DNA from: Octopus vulgaris
Lineage: Eukaryota
DNA length: 64,000 bases
NCBI GenBank assembly: GCA_951406725.2
Contig: OX597836.1
Location: 43,152,001 to 43,216,000, forward strand
Direction: 5' to 3'
Shown here: positions 43,132 through 55,695 of the stretch, piece by piece
How positions within the stretch are numbered: position 1 is the stretch's first letter
Layout: each line of letters begins with the position of its first letter
Made by a program: the position numbers and the translations under genes
Notes under the pieces: model-generated
The model's input: the letters and a program-made list of their open reading frames with translations, nothing else
What the model was told of the DNA's origin: nothing
Databases searched by the model: none

Positions 43132-43451
43132 TATATATATATATATATATATTATTTATTTATTTATTTATGCGCCCTTTGCAAGCCTAGCCAGGCTCAT
43201 GGGCCCGGTTTCCCGGTTTCTGTGGCGTATGTGTTCCCCCCAGCTGGACGGGACGCCAGTCTATTGCAGCATTACTCAACAAACAGGAAGAAAGAGTGAG
43301 AGAAAGTTGGGGCGAAAGAGTGCAGCAGGGGTCGCCTCGTGGAGCTTCAGGTGTTTCCGCTCAATAAACACACACAACGCCCAGTCTGGCAATCGAAACC
43401 GCGATCCTACGACTGCAAGTCCGCTGCCCTAACCCCTGGGCCATTGCGATT

Positions 43452-43518
<67 letters not shown>

Positions 43519-43578
43519 ATCATACTTTGTACCACTACATTTATCGACCATTTCTCTCTATCCCTGTCACACACACAG

Positions 43579-43676
<98 letters not shown>

Positions 43677-44221
43677 ACACGCGCACGTGCGCACTTGTAC
43701 ACATCCTAACAGACACAAACACAAAGGCAAACACAAGAACACACTCATATACGCTCCAACCACAAACAAGTTTACGCAAACACACGCCATAAGCGACACT
43801 TAAAGTATCCTTCTTGCAATTACAAGAATCCTTCGTCGGATATTCCATCAAACAATGCAATCATCGAGCGTCCACTTCAGCTTTACCTGACGCGCCTAAC
43901 ACCTGCAATTACACATGCATACAGCCATCACACACACACACACATATATACAGTCGTACATACATATATATACATACATACCTACGCACATAGATACATA
44001 CACACACTTATTTAATGTATGTACACATATACATATATGCGACGTATGAGTCTTCGTGTGTGTCCGTGTATTTACGTATGTGTCCGCAGGGTTTCTCTAC
44101 TGAAGGGTGTGCGATCAGCGGCAACTCCTGTCAGCATGCATGAGTGGGAGTGAGAGTGAGAGTTAGAGTGAGAGTGAGAAGGAGAGGGAGAAAGAGTGAA
44201 GCCGGCTTCCGATCTATCACC

Positions 44222-44260
44222 TATATAAGGGTGTACATTTCACTGGACAGCAATCATTCG
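44222..44260 (+). promoter_or_regulatory. Candidate TATA box plus initiator for gene B
   Basis: TATATAAG at 44222-44229; TCATTC (TCAKTY-type Inr) with A at 44256, about 32 nt downstream. Confidence 0.6.
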
Positions 44261-44289
44261 CTGTTTGTCGTCTGACACGAGAGTAACAG
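44256..44289 (+). other. Candidate non-coding first exon of gene B
   Basis: Follows TATA/Inr; CAG|GTAAGG donor at 44290; matching acceptor TTTTCAG at 48314. Confidence 0.6.
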
Positions 44290-44547
44290 GTAAGGTGATC
44301 CTTTGGCTTGTTGCTTCCGTCCTACTACAGGAGACATACATACATACATATACAGAAACGTACATACATACATACATACATACATACATACATACATACA
44401 TACATACATACTTACATACATACATATATATATATATGCGACGGACCGACGTCCCGTCCAGGTGAGGAACCTACTATATGCCAATGAAACCGGGAAACCG
44501 GCCCTTATAAGCCAGGCATAGCTAGAGAAGGAACAAACAACAACAAC

Positions 44548-44624
<77 letters not shown>

Positions 44625-44737
44625 CATACATATATACATATATACATACATATATATACATATATATATATACATACATACATACATTTATACACATACA
44701 TATATATATATGTATATATACGTATATATTTATATTG

Positions 44738-45420
44738 GTTTCAACCAAAGTTCCGGCAACACTGTGGCACCGCCTTTGCTGGAGCACAATACTATTTGAC
44801 TCTTTTATTTGTTTCTGCTCGAGAGCCACGACCAATGGTGGGACACCACCATTGATCTTTCCTTCTTTAATAATTGGCATTTTGGTGAATGAGGGACCTT
44901 CTTATTGTTGCCTTCAATTACCTTTCTTGCCGTGAAGTAGGTCCATCCGGGTCCTTTCAGACATTTGCAGTCACCCCATGTAGGTCACGTAAGTCTTTCG
45001 GGAGAACATAGCGCTTTGGAGCTTTGTATCCCAAGCTATTGTAGTGTCTGGTCCCGTATTTTGAAAGCCATATTAGCACCAGATGAGGGTGCAATAGCAT
45101 TGATATGATTTTCAGTACCAAAATCTGGGGCAAGTACTTCCAGGGTTTTCCTATATTATAGCATGTCTTTCCCGCCTTCGTTCCAAGGAATAGAGTCTTA
45201 ACCTTTTGAGTCTGTTCCAGGGGTTAAAATGCTGCGATCGGATGACCCTACTGTAGCTTCGTCCAGTTGCTTCGTCCGATTGCTGCGAGTTCTGTGATGA
45301 CAACTGTGGCGAGTATTAGTCAAAATGGCTTAGGACAAATGTCCTCCTAAGAACCACCATGGCTTTCCGCTCTCTTGTTCTGAAACTTCTTGGAATTTAT
45401 CCCAGCATTTCATTGCCAAC
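44738..45420 (-). mobile_element. Old degenerate CR1-like LINE 3' fragment
   Basis: Minus strand RHYNSLGYKAPK..VLPKDLRDLHGV and tail GGCGGTGCCACAGTG..GGTTGAAACC. Confidence 0.7.
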
Positions 45421-45617
45421 TTATTAATATGCATATGGAAGAATTCATCATTATTCATGTCAATATCCAGATAACACATTGATTGTAGTTCAAATTTCAG
45501 TGGGGATAAATGACTTCTATTTTTTGTTCTCGGTATGGTAGAAAAATAAATAGCAAAAACTGATCACAGAGGCCCTCTCAGATATGCCTTCATCCACACA
45601 GACAGGTATCCTTACAA

Positions 45618-45825
45618 TCATTTTCTTTTTGTGCCTTATAATTTAACACATTCACAGGTAAAATTTCCACTTATTCCTTATTTTTATTTTCCTAAAATTT
45701 TCGTTGTGTCTTGCAACCTTTTCAATAGTCTTGGTGCAACGAAAATTTTAGGAAAATAAAAATTAGGAATAAGTGGAAATTTTACCGGTGAGTGTGTTAA
45801 ATTATGAGACACAAAAAGAAAATGA
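45618..45825. repeat. Long inverted repeat (arms ~89 bp, spacer ~30 bp)
   Basis: 45618-45706 is the near-exact reverse complement of 45737-45825. Confidence 0.85.
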
Positions 45826-46055
45826 CTCTCCCCAGACACAACAGAATATGCTTCAACATACGAACTCACGTAATGAATCTTGCAAACCAAATTCAAAAAC
45901 GAAATATTTGCAATGTTTTTCAGAAGTATTATTCATTCAACTTAAACGTAGCAAGAAAGCCATATGATACAAACTAGTTTTGTAATCTATTTCTCTACCT
46001 TTGCAAAGTAAATTCTTCATATAGCTGATCTTTTTTATATAAAACACTGCTTGTT

Positions 46056-46618
46056 CAGTAATGCCTCTCTTTACGAGGGCCCGCTTTACGAGACTCTGGG
46101 TTTACGAGTTTCATTTTTCAAGCACAAGATCCTAATCTTGAAACAAGTGCAAATTTGCAAATTTCTTCTGCTATAAATTCTTCTGCGTGTTACCGAGAAA
46201 TTTATAGGGAGCGAAAAAAAAGCTTCTAAGCTAACAAATTTAGACATGAAAAGTCTAAATTTAGACTTGAAAATTTAGACTTGAAAAGAAATCTACAAGT
46301 CCGTCTACGAGTGCTTGTGAATCGCCGATCGTGTCTACATATGATGGTGAGCACGAGTCTAGGGAAAGCCATTCAGAAAACGATTATAAATGATCTTGGC
46401 ATACTATTTACTTTACATGAACAATTCTTTACATTCTCCTGTTGTTTTATTGCCATTTATTTACGATTATTATGAATTTTACAGCTAAAATATTTTTCTG
46501 GAACGAATTACGATTTATATAACATTGCTATTATGGGAAGTTATTGTTCTGATTTGCAAGTTTTCGCTTTACGAGTGGTCTCCAGGAACATATTAACTCG
46601 TATATCAAGGCATTAATG
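46056..46618. mobile_element. Tigger/pogo-like MITE
   Basis: CAGTAATGCCT..TACGAG / CTCGTA..AGGCATTAATG termini; repeated TTTACGAG subterminal motifs. Confidence 0.5.
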
Positions 46619-46761
46619 AAAATTTGCGACAACTGTAGATAGATGTTGTATAGATACTTCACTTTTAGAGTTTGTTTTTGTTTTTTGTTGTTTTTTTTTT
46701 GCTCATGAAACATGTCAAAGAATGTACAAAACGGTGAAGCCCGTACAATATATAAAGTTAT

Positions 46762-46967
46762 TCTTTTACTTGTTTCAGTCATTTGACTGTGGCCATGCTG
46801 GAGCACCGCCTTTTAGTCGAGCAAATCGACCCCAGGACTTATTCTTTGTCAGCCTAGTACTTATTTTATCGGTCCCTTTTGCCGAACCGCTAAGTGACGG
46901 GGACGAAAATATACCAGCATCGGTTGTCAAGCGATGTTCAGGAGACAAACACAGACACACAAACACG

Positions 46968-47015
<48 letters not shown>

Positions 47016-47180
47016 TACGACGGGTTTCTTTCAGTTTCCATCTACCAAATCCATTCAAAAGGTTTGGTTGGCCCGAGGCTATAGTAGAAGACATTTGCCC
47101 AAGGTGCCATGCAGTAGGAATGAACCCGGAACCATGTAGTTGGTAAGCAAGCTACTCACCACACAACCACGCCTGCGCCT
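46762..47180 (-). mobile_element. Family 1 SINE
   Basis: Reverse complement of 31402-31796. Confidence 0.85.
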
Positions 47181-47772
47181 ATGTAAATATTCTTTCACAA
47201 AGAATATTGAATTCAGTGGAAGGATTTTGCGCCAGAAAATAAAAAGAAAATATAGCAAATTAACGACTTCGGTCGTCTCCCTTCACAGATAGAGACGAAC
47301 TTACACAAGCAATAACTTTGTTTTATCATTAGCAGAGCCAAAAGTTCTGAAATTCGTGCTTTGACTGAGCTATCAAAACATACGAAGATAATTTGAAAGC
47401 ATTATGTAATATAAGGAGACCTTTTTTTTTGTCTTCTCTTAGGCAAAGAGCTGGTAGAATCGCTAGCACGCCGGGTAAAATGTTTCACAGCATTTCGGCC
47501 GTTTTTACATTGAGGTTTCAAATTCCACCGAGGTCGACTTTGCCTTTCGTCCTTTCAGAAGTCGATGAAATAAGTACTAGTTTAGCACTTGGGTCGATGT
47601 AATAGACTCACCCCCTTTTCCGATGTTACTGGTCTTGTGCCAAAATTTGAAATCAATATAAGGAGATTTTAAGTGAGAAATATCAACCATCTCGTCTGAC
47701 ATATAGAGACGAATTGCACAACAATAAAATGAAAAGTCTGTTTAATTTCTCAAAAATTATTCTCCCAATAAA

Positions 47773-48178
47773 GGCGGCGAGCTGGCAGAACCGTTAGCAC
47801 GCCGGGCGAAATGCTTTGCGGTAATTCGTCTGCCTCTACGTGCTGAGTTCAAATTCCGACTTTGCCTTTCATCCTTTCGGGATCGATTAAATAAGTACCA
47901 GTTACGCACTGGGGTCGAAATAATCGATTTAATCTGTTTGTCTGTCCTTGTTTGTCCTCTCTGTGTTTAGCCCCTTGTGGGTAGTAAAGAAATAGGTATT
48001 TCGTCTGTCGTCACGTTCTGATTTCAAATTCCGCCCAGGTCGACTTTGCCTTTCATCCTTTCGGGGTCGATAAATTAAGTACCAGTTACGCACTGGGGTC
48101 GATGTAATCGACTTAATCCCTTTTTCTGTCCTTGTTTCTCCCCTCTATGTTATAGCCTCTTCTGTGGGCAATAAAGAA
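47773..48178 (+). mobile_element. Family 2 SINE dimer
   Basis: Head plus two bodies; junction GAAATAGGTATTTC at ~47989-48002. Confidence 0.85.
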
Positions 48179-48342
48179 AACATTATTCTCCCAATATTAT
48201 AGTATAATTGATCTATGATATAATTGTTGTTTTGGACCTGAATATCTTTTAGTTAACATTATTAATGCTTCTTTTGATTACCTTAATTAACCACTTTTTT
48301 TCCCTTATTTTCAGATCTCCAATTCCTCAATAAACTGCCATC

Positions 48343-49029
48343 ATGAACATGTCCATTCTTGCCCTGGCTGTTTTCGCCTCCGTCTTCCTTTTGGTAAACA
48401 GTTCAGTTTTACCCCACGGTGAACACTATGGTGAACACTATGGAAAAGCAGGCCACGATGAAGCCCACCATGGTGTAGCTTCTGCTGAACACGTAGCAAA
48501 CAACGCCTACGCTGAACACGGTGAACACGGTGTGAAAGCCGCCTACGACGTCGGTTACCGCAACCATGAACACGATCACGTGGACAACTATGGACACCAT
48601 GAACACGACGAGGACCACGACAAACACAAGGACGACATGTTGGAAAAATATGGAAACTTTGTTGCTCATGCTGGCCACAACGCATACGGTGGTGAACACA
48701 GTGCTGTAGCTGGGCACGCTGACGTGTACGGCGCTGCAGGTGGACATGGCGGATTTTCCGGTCCCGGTTTTGATGGAGTTGGACTCGGTCACGGTGGTTT
48801 TGGTGGTCACGGTTTCGGAGGTCTTGGTGGCCACGGCGGTTTTGGCCATGGAGGTTTTGCTGGCCATGGTGGTCTTGGTGGTCACGGTGGTTTTGGTGGT
48901 CACGGTGGTTTTGGTGGTGTTGGTGGTCACGGTGGTTTCGGTGGACACGGCTTTGGTGGACATGGTATGGCTGGACACGGTTATGGTGGACATGGTGGTT
49001 ATGGTGGCTATGGCGGATACGGTCATTAA
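48343..49029 (+). CDS. Gene B: secreted His/Gly-rich structural protein (histidine-rich beak protein-like), 228 aa
   Basis: Acceptor at 48314 and GCCATCATG start context; signal-peptide-like MNMSILALAVFASVFLLVNS; His/Glu/Asp-rich middle; about 13 GHG motifs encoded with varied codons; no Cys; AATAAA at 49045 and 49136. Confidence 0.9.
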   Translation: MNMSILALAVFASVFLLVNSSVLPHGEHYGEHYGKAGHDEAHHGVASAEHVANNAYAEHGEHGVKAAYDVGYRNHEHDHVDNYGHHEHDEDHDKHKDDMLEKYGNFVAHAGHNAYGGEHSAVAGHADVYGAAGGHGGFSGPGFDGVGLGHGGFGGHGFGGLGGHGGFGHGGFAGHGGLGGHGGFGGHGGFGGVGGHGGFGGHGFGGHGMAGHGYGGHGGYGGYGGYGH

Positions 49030-49222
49030 AAATAACTTTGCAAAAATAAATTCTTTTATTTTTATCACACTTAAATCCCCAAAAGATGAACCTCAACGCC
49101 AACCTGAACCGTATTGATTTACTTACCTGTTGTTGAATAAACGGGTGTTTTCACCCAAATTGTACGTATTAAATATCTGTTTTGCTTTTTTATTATTACA
49201 TTTATTTCATATTGGCTGGATG

Positions 49223-49630
49223 GAATCTTTTCGCTTTGAACGGCAGTTTTTTCTAGCGGTGTCATATGAAATTGTCACCCATAATTATGACCCTAGTATC
49301 GATATATTGCATTTCAATCTGTTTTAGGGTTAGGGTTAGTTAGGGGTTTTTTTTTTTTTGCTTCAGAAATGTAAATAAACCCAATCTGTCTCTTAAACGA
49401 GGGACATATTCATACAGCACAGAATGTTTTCACCTCAATAGACGTCATTGATTGGTTGAAATTGCAGAAATTGAAGAAAAAAAAAAACAACAAATATCTT
49501 ACAAACTATAGAATTTTCTCAAGAGAGAAAAAGATGTTTTATAAACACATTCTACCAATATAAGAAGTTTAAAAGTGTTTAGTTACGTGGAAATTATTTT
49601 TTAAAATTGCCGGTCAAACCGAAAAGATCC
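49223..49630. mobile_element. MITE with ~28-bp TIRs and 8-bp TSD
   Basis: GAATCTTTTCGCTTTGAACGGCAGTTTT versus reverse complement GGATCTTTTCGGTTTGACCGGCAATTTT; GCTGGATG (49215-49222) and ACTGGATG (49631-49638); internal TTAGGG x2-3. Confidence 0.78.
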
Positions 49631-49864
49631 ACTGGATGGCCCCTTGGTTAGGAAGACATACCTTCGAACTAAGAACTAAATTCTTCACATTTATTTCCAT
49701 CGCGCTACGTCTTTAGATTCATTCACATCTTCCATCCCACACTACCGACCCTTGTCACGGACCCTCTGTAAAATAAGTCTCGGTAACTTGGCTTGTGTTG
49801 CTTTTTAACCCCAGGTTAACCACTATATAGAATTCCTGTCCCGACTATTACATCTATTCGGAAA

Positions 49865-50286
49865 GGCGGCGAGCTGGCAGAAGCGTTAGCACGCTGGGCG
49901 AAATGCGTAGCCGTATTTCGTCTGCCGTTACATTCTGAGTTCAAATTCCGCCGAGGTCGACTTTGCTTTCATCCTTTCGGGATCGATAAATTAAGTACCA
50001 GTTGCGCACTGGGGTCGATATAATCGACTTTATCCGTTTCTTTGTCCTTGTTTGTTCCCTCTATGTTTAGCCCCTTATGGGTAGTAAAGAAACGTTAGCA
50101 CGCGGTATTTCGTCTGCCGCTATGTTCTGAGTTCAAATTCCACCGAGGTCGACTTTGCTTTTCATACTTTCGGGATCGATAAATTAAGTACCAGTTTCGC
50201 ACTAGGGTCGATGTAATCGACTTAATCCGTTTGTCTGTCCTTGTTTGTCCCCTCTGTGTTTAGCCACTTGTGGATAGTAAAGAAAT
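49865..50286 (+). mobile_element. Family 2 SINE dimer
   Basis: 16-bp TSD TATTACATCTATTCGG at 49846-49861 and 50295-50310. Confidence 0.88.
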
Positions 50287-50307
50287 ACAAAAAATATTAC
50301 ATCTATT

Positions 50308-50621
50308 CGGTTTACGAATTTAATTTGTTCCCGGAAGCCGTTCGTCACTCGAAACGCTCGTAAACCGAAACGATTTTCCCCATAGGAAACTCAAGACAAA
50401 ACACGGCGAATTCGAACGAGGATGTGTACTGAGCGAAAGCTGGACAGCAACTGACGTTCTCCTGCTGATACTCCGAGTTTGTCACGCCAACCATTGCTGT
50501 CGGCTTGCGTGTTCGTTACTCCAGACATATTTCGTTACCCGAGACATTCTATGCACGAAAACGTGCTCATAAATCGATTTGTTCGTAATGGTAGGCGTTC
50601 GTAAACTGAGGTTCCACGGTA
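50308..50621. mobile_element. Tigger/pogo-like MITE remnant
   Basis: Right end TTCGTAAACTGAGGTTCCACGG|TA; partial left end CGGTTTACGAA. Confidence 0.5.
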
Positions 50622-50758
50622 GTACTTTTCTTTTAGGATGATAAGATGTGGTTTAAGGGAATCGTAACTATCATGTGTGTGTGTGTTGTACGTATATGTG
50701 TATGCTTATATGCATGCCTGTGTATGTATATACAAATGTAAGTAATAAGTATGTATGC

Positions 50759-50791
<33 letters not shown>

Positions 50792-50893
50792 TGTATGTAT
50801 GTATGTATGTATGTATGTATGTATGTATGTACGTGTGCATGTATAGATGGATGTATGAGTATATTAGTCGTCAATATACATTTGTGAAGGATA

Positions 50894-51112
50894 GGCGGCG
50901 AGCTGGCAGAAACGTCAGCGCGCCGGGCGAAATGCGTAGCCGTATTTCGTCTGCCGTTACGTTCTGAGTTCAAATTCCGCCGAGGTCGACTTTGCCTTTC
51001 ATCCTTTCGGGGTCGATAAATAAAGTACCAGTTACGCACTGGGGTCGACTCAATCCCTTTGTCTGTCCTTGTTTGTCCCTTCTATGTTTAGCCCCTTGTG
51101 GGCAATAAAGAA
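50894..51112 (+). mobile_element. Family 2 SINE monomer
   Basis: 20-bp TSD ATATACATTTGTRAAGGATA at 50874-50893 and 51113-51132. Confidence 0.88.
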
Positions 51113-51759
51113 ATATACATTTGTAAAGGATATAAGAATCGTTCAGGAAGCCGACAAGCTGTTACCTTATAAAGAAATTTCATGGAGATATTTAGATATT
51201 TTTTGGCACAAAATTTCACACAGTCCCTTGTCAATCTCACCGTCAGAAATATACAGTCGATTGTCAGTGGGAAAGATGTAACCAACGACGTTATTGTTCA
51301 CCCATTGCGATATTAAATAAATAGCTAAAACAAAGTCCTGGGTTGATATAATCGACTATTCCATGCCGCTATATTTTGTCGACCCTGGAGGGTTGAAAGA
51401 CAACGGTGACATTTACAGGATTCGAATTCAGAATGTAAAGAGTTAGAATGAATACCTATTTCTTTACTACCCACAAGGGGCTAAACAGAGAGGGGCCAAA
51501 CAAAGACAGACATAGGTATTAAGTCGATTACATCGATCCCAGTACGTACTGGTACTTAATTTATCGACCCCGAAAGGATGAAAGGCAAAGTCAACCTCGG
51601 CGGAATTTGAACTCACAACGCAACGGCAGACGAAATACGGTTACGCATTTCGCCCGGCGTGCTAACGCTTCTGCCAGCTCACCGCCTTAATCAGAATGGA
51701 TACCGCAAGGCATTTTTCCGACGCTCTGACGATTCTAACAATTCGCCAGCTGGAAAATA

Positions 51760-52325
51760 TTGGGTTGTCCGGAAAGTTCGTGCCGATTTATAGTAGCTTA
51801 CCTTTCGACTTATTTTAGAACATGGTTGAGTCCATAAAATAGGATTTGACAACACCTCCATTTAGAGCACAGTTTAAGCTATATTTTCGTGGAAGAAGGT
51901 TTATGTTCCTATAATCTGCGTTAATTCTGTAACCCTTTAAAATGGAAGATAAGAAAGTTCATTTTCGACACTTGATGCTTTGGGAACCAGACAAAAATTG
52001 CTGCAGCTCGGCTGGAATGTGTTACCCTACCCTCCATATTCACTAGATATTGCTCCTTCGGATTTCCACTTATTCAAGTCTCTGCAGAATAGTCTTAATG
52101 GTAAAAATTTCAATTCCTTGGATGACGTAAAAAGATACCGTGATGAATTCTTTGCCATGAAACCACATCAATTCTGGGAAGGGGGTATTTTCAAGTTAAA
52201 GGAAAGATGGAGACGCATTGTGCAACAAAATGGTTCATATTTGGTTGATTAAATATGTAATGGCAAGTATTTATTGACCTTTTTCTTTCCTTTAAAAATC
52301 GACACGAACTTTCCGGACGACCCAA
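51760..52325 (+). mobile_element. Internally deleted mariner, second copy
   Basis: Same TIRs and same deletion junction as 30815-31381; TA-flanked. Confidence 0.92.
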
Positions 52326-53014
52326 TATTTATAATGGTTTCTGATTTATGCACAAGGTAAGCAATTCTGAAGGAAAAGAATTAGTTGATATAATCTAAAT
52401 GATTGTTACATTACTCCATCGACCCAGAAGAGGTGTAAAGCAAGATTGGCCTCGGCGGAATTTGAACGCAGAACGTAAAGGCGGACGAAATGCCCCTAAG
52501 CATTTTGTCCGGCGTGCTAACGATTCTGCCTTAATAATAGTCTCAAATTTTAGTACAAAGCCAGCAATTTCGTGGGAGGAGAGAAGCCGATTACATCGAT
52601 CCCAACGCTCAACTGGTGCTGATTTTAACGATACTGAAAGAGTAAAAGGTAAAGTCGACCTTGGTGGAATTTGAACTGAGAGCATAAAGATAGGCGAAAT
52701 GTCACCAGGCATTTTCCCTAGCATGCTAACGATTCTGCCAGCTCAATAATATTTAATAATACTTTCTACTGGAGGAAGGAATAAAGTCGATTACATTGAC
52801 CCCAGTATTTCAGTGGTACTTATTTAATCGACTCCGAAAAGATGAAAGGCAAATTCGACCACGGCAGAATTTGAACTCAGAGCATGGAGACTGACGAAAT
52901 ACTACAAAGCATTTTGCCCGGCGTGTTAACGATTCAGCCAGCTCGCCGTCTAACTTATTACCTTAACAATCCTTTCTACTGGAAGCACGGGGCCTCAAAT
53001 TAGGGGGAAGGGAT

Positions 53015-53550
53015 TGAGTCGATTACATCGACCCCAGTACGTAACTGGTACTTATTTAATCAACCCCGAAAGGATGAAAGGCAAAGTCGACCTCTGCGGA
53101 ATTTGAACTCAGAACGTAACGGCAGACGAAATACCTATTTCTTTACTGCCCACAAGGGGCTAAACACAGAGAGGACAAACAAGGACAGACAGACGGATTA
53201 AGTCGATCATATCAACCCCGGTACGTAACTGGTACTTAATTTATCGACCCCGAAAGGATGAAAGGCAAAGTCGACCTCGGCGGAATTTGAACTCAGAACG
53301 TAGTGACAGAAGAAATACCTATTTCTTTATTGCCCACAAGGGGCTAAACACAGAGGGGACAAACAAGGACAGACATAGGTATTAAGTCGATTACATCGAC
53401 CCCAGTGCGTAACTGGTACTTAATTTATCGACCCCGAAAGGATGAAAGGCAAAGTCGACCTCGGCGGAATTTGAACTCACAACGTAACGCAGACGAAATA
53501 CCGCTCGGCATTTCGCCAGGCGTGCTAACGTTTCTGCCAGCCCGCCGCCT
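53015..53550 (-). mobile_element. Family 2 SINE trimer
   Basis: Bodies joined at GAAATACCTATTTC. Confidence 0.85.
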
Positions 53551-54252
53551 TAATAATAATGTTAATTCTTTCTAATTTTGGCACAAATCTACAAAATTTA
53601 TGGGGAGGGGCAGTCGATTTCATCAACACCAGGATTTGGTTGGTGCTTATGTTATCGACACCAAAAAGAAGAAGAGCAATGTTGATACTGGCGGCGCGAT
53701 TTGAGCTCGAGACGTAAAAAGCAACTATATATGTATATATCCATCGAGCCTCTTTCAGTTTCCGTCTACTAATCTACTCACAAGGCTTTGGTCGTCTTGG
53801 GGCTACAGTAGGAGATACCATGCAGTGGTAATGAACCCAGAACCATATAGTTGAGAAACAAGCTTCTTACCACACAGCCACACCTGCACCTTTCATATAC
53901 ATTTCACAAAAACAGTAATAATAGTTTAATACTAAAACATATTCAGACATCACGGAATTAATTCAAGTTACCTGTAACCTCTACAATTGCAAGAGATACT
54001 CACGGGGTGGTCATTAGCTTCCATTTGTACGGTGAACTGCTGTTTGGGCGACATTGGCCAAAGTGTCCCGTGGGATTCCTGCACATGCTCAACCAATTTC
54101 TTCCGGAAGAGCCATCAGGTGTAGCCGGCTCTCGGCTATACACGATATCCTTTTGGCGCCCCATAATTAAAAGTGTGGAGGCACATGGCCTAGTGTTTAG
54201 AGCAGCGGACTCGCGGTCGAGGGATCGTGGATTCGAATCTCAGACCGGGCGA

Positions 54253-54390
54253 TGAACACAGTGCTGTAGCTGGACACGCTGATGTGTCTCTCTAACCAAG
54301 AATACATCCATCAAAAATGAAATAGATATGAAGAATTTATTCTTAGTTCGAAGGTGTGTCTTCCTAACCAAGAGGCCATCCAGCCATTAT
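54253..54390. pseudogene. Captured fragments of a gene-B-like locus inside a family 3 SINE
   Basis: 54253-54287 matches 48693-48727 at 33/35 nt; 54318-54390 is the reverse complement of the gene B 3' flank without the MITE. Confidence 0.75.
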
Positions 54391-54639
54391 GAGCGAAACA
54401 CCTAAGCTCCACGCAGCTCCGGCAGAAGGTAATGGTGAACTTCTGCTGACTCTTTCGCCACAACTTTCTCTCACTCTTTCCTCCTGCATCTTGCAGCTCA
54501 CCTGCGATGGACCGGCGTCCCGTCCAGGTGGGGAAGCTATACGCCAAGAAACCGGGAAACCGGCCCTTATGAGCCAGGCATGGCTCGAGAAGGAGCAAAC
54601 AATAATTAAAAGTAAAAGGAGAACGTTTGGGAAAACCAA

Positions 54640-55330
54640 CGGCAAATCTTCATCCTATCCTTGAAAATTCCTATCCAGGTTAGTGCGCATGCTCAGCAGT
54701 AATAGGGTGATGCGCAGTCTGTTGAAAGAAAAATTTGTACTTTCCATAAAGTGTGTGTGTATGACAGGTAAAATGACCGTGCGTAGTATGTCTAGGTACG
54801 CTTGACCAGTGAAAGTACCTCCAAAGAAAAATAGTCCTATTAAGCCGTTGATGACACTCCACACCAGACTTTAATTACAACTATGTTGTCCACCAACAAA
54901 CAAGAGATTTCTGATGCCCAGTAACACAATTATGCCCGTTCACTGTTTCATTTAGCTTAAACTGTATTTCATCTCAACACACAATCGTCTGTGCAAACTT
55001 TTCATCCTCGTCTACCATGAGTTGATTGAAACTACGAGTACTCACAAAACTCGATTCTTTGATCAGGATCGTCATCGTTAATTGAAATAATCTTGCAACG
55101 TAAACATTCCATTTAGCTCTTTTAGGAATGTGCCATATGCTTGAAGCGTTAATTTCTATCTCTTGTGATGAGGGCCTGAAAATTATCCAACGCCATACCC
55201 GGGGAGGCAGCACTCGTTACTGTACGAGGTCAGCCGGATTTTCTCTTTTGTATACGGTAGCATGTGTTTCGAACTTACCACGAATCTGTGTCACTGTCAA
55301 GCGCGTTGGAAATTCTGTTCGAAATTCAGG
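54640..55330 (-). mobile_element. Degenerate Tc1/mariner-superfamily (maT/rosa-like) transposase
   Basis: Minus-strand pieces DEIQFKLNETVNGHNC, VWSVINGLIGLFFFGGTFTGQAYLDIL, FFFQQTA and RTNLDRNFQG. Confidence 0.65.
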
Positions 55331-55616
55331 CCTCGAAAGGCGGCGTGCTGGCTAAGGCGACGTGCTGGCTAAGGCGGCGTGCTGGCTAAGGCGGCGAGCT
55401 GGTAGAAACGTTAGCACGCCGGGCGAAATGCTTAGCGGTATTTCGTCTGCCGTTACGTTGTGAGTTCAAATTCCGCCGAGGTCGACTTTGCCTTTCATCC
55501 TTTCGGGGTCAATAAATAAAGTACCAGTTACGCACTGGGGTCGATATAATCGACTTAATCTCTTTGTCTGTCCTTGTTTGACCCTCTATGTTTAGCCCCT
55601 TGTGGGCAATAAAGAA

Positions 55617-55695
<79 letters not shown>

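Noticed and set aside
48341-49102. Antisense and alternative-frame ORFs over gene B (and 15766-16197 over gene A)
   Set aside because: Shadows of a repetitive coding strand; non-ATG starts and no supporting splice or polyA signals.
49324-49346. TTAGGG repeats as a telomere or fusion site
   Set aside because: Only 2-3 units, inside a MITE.
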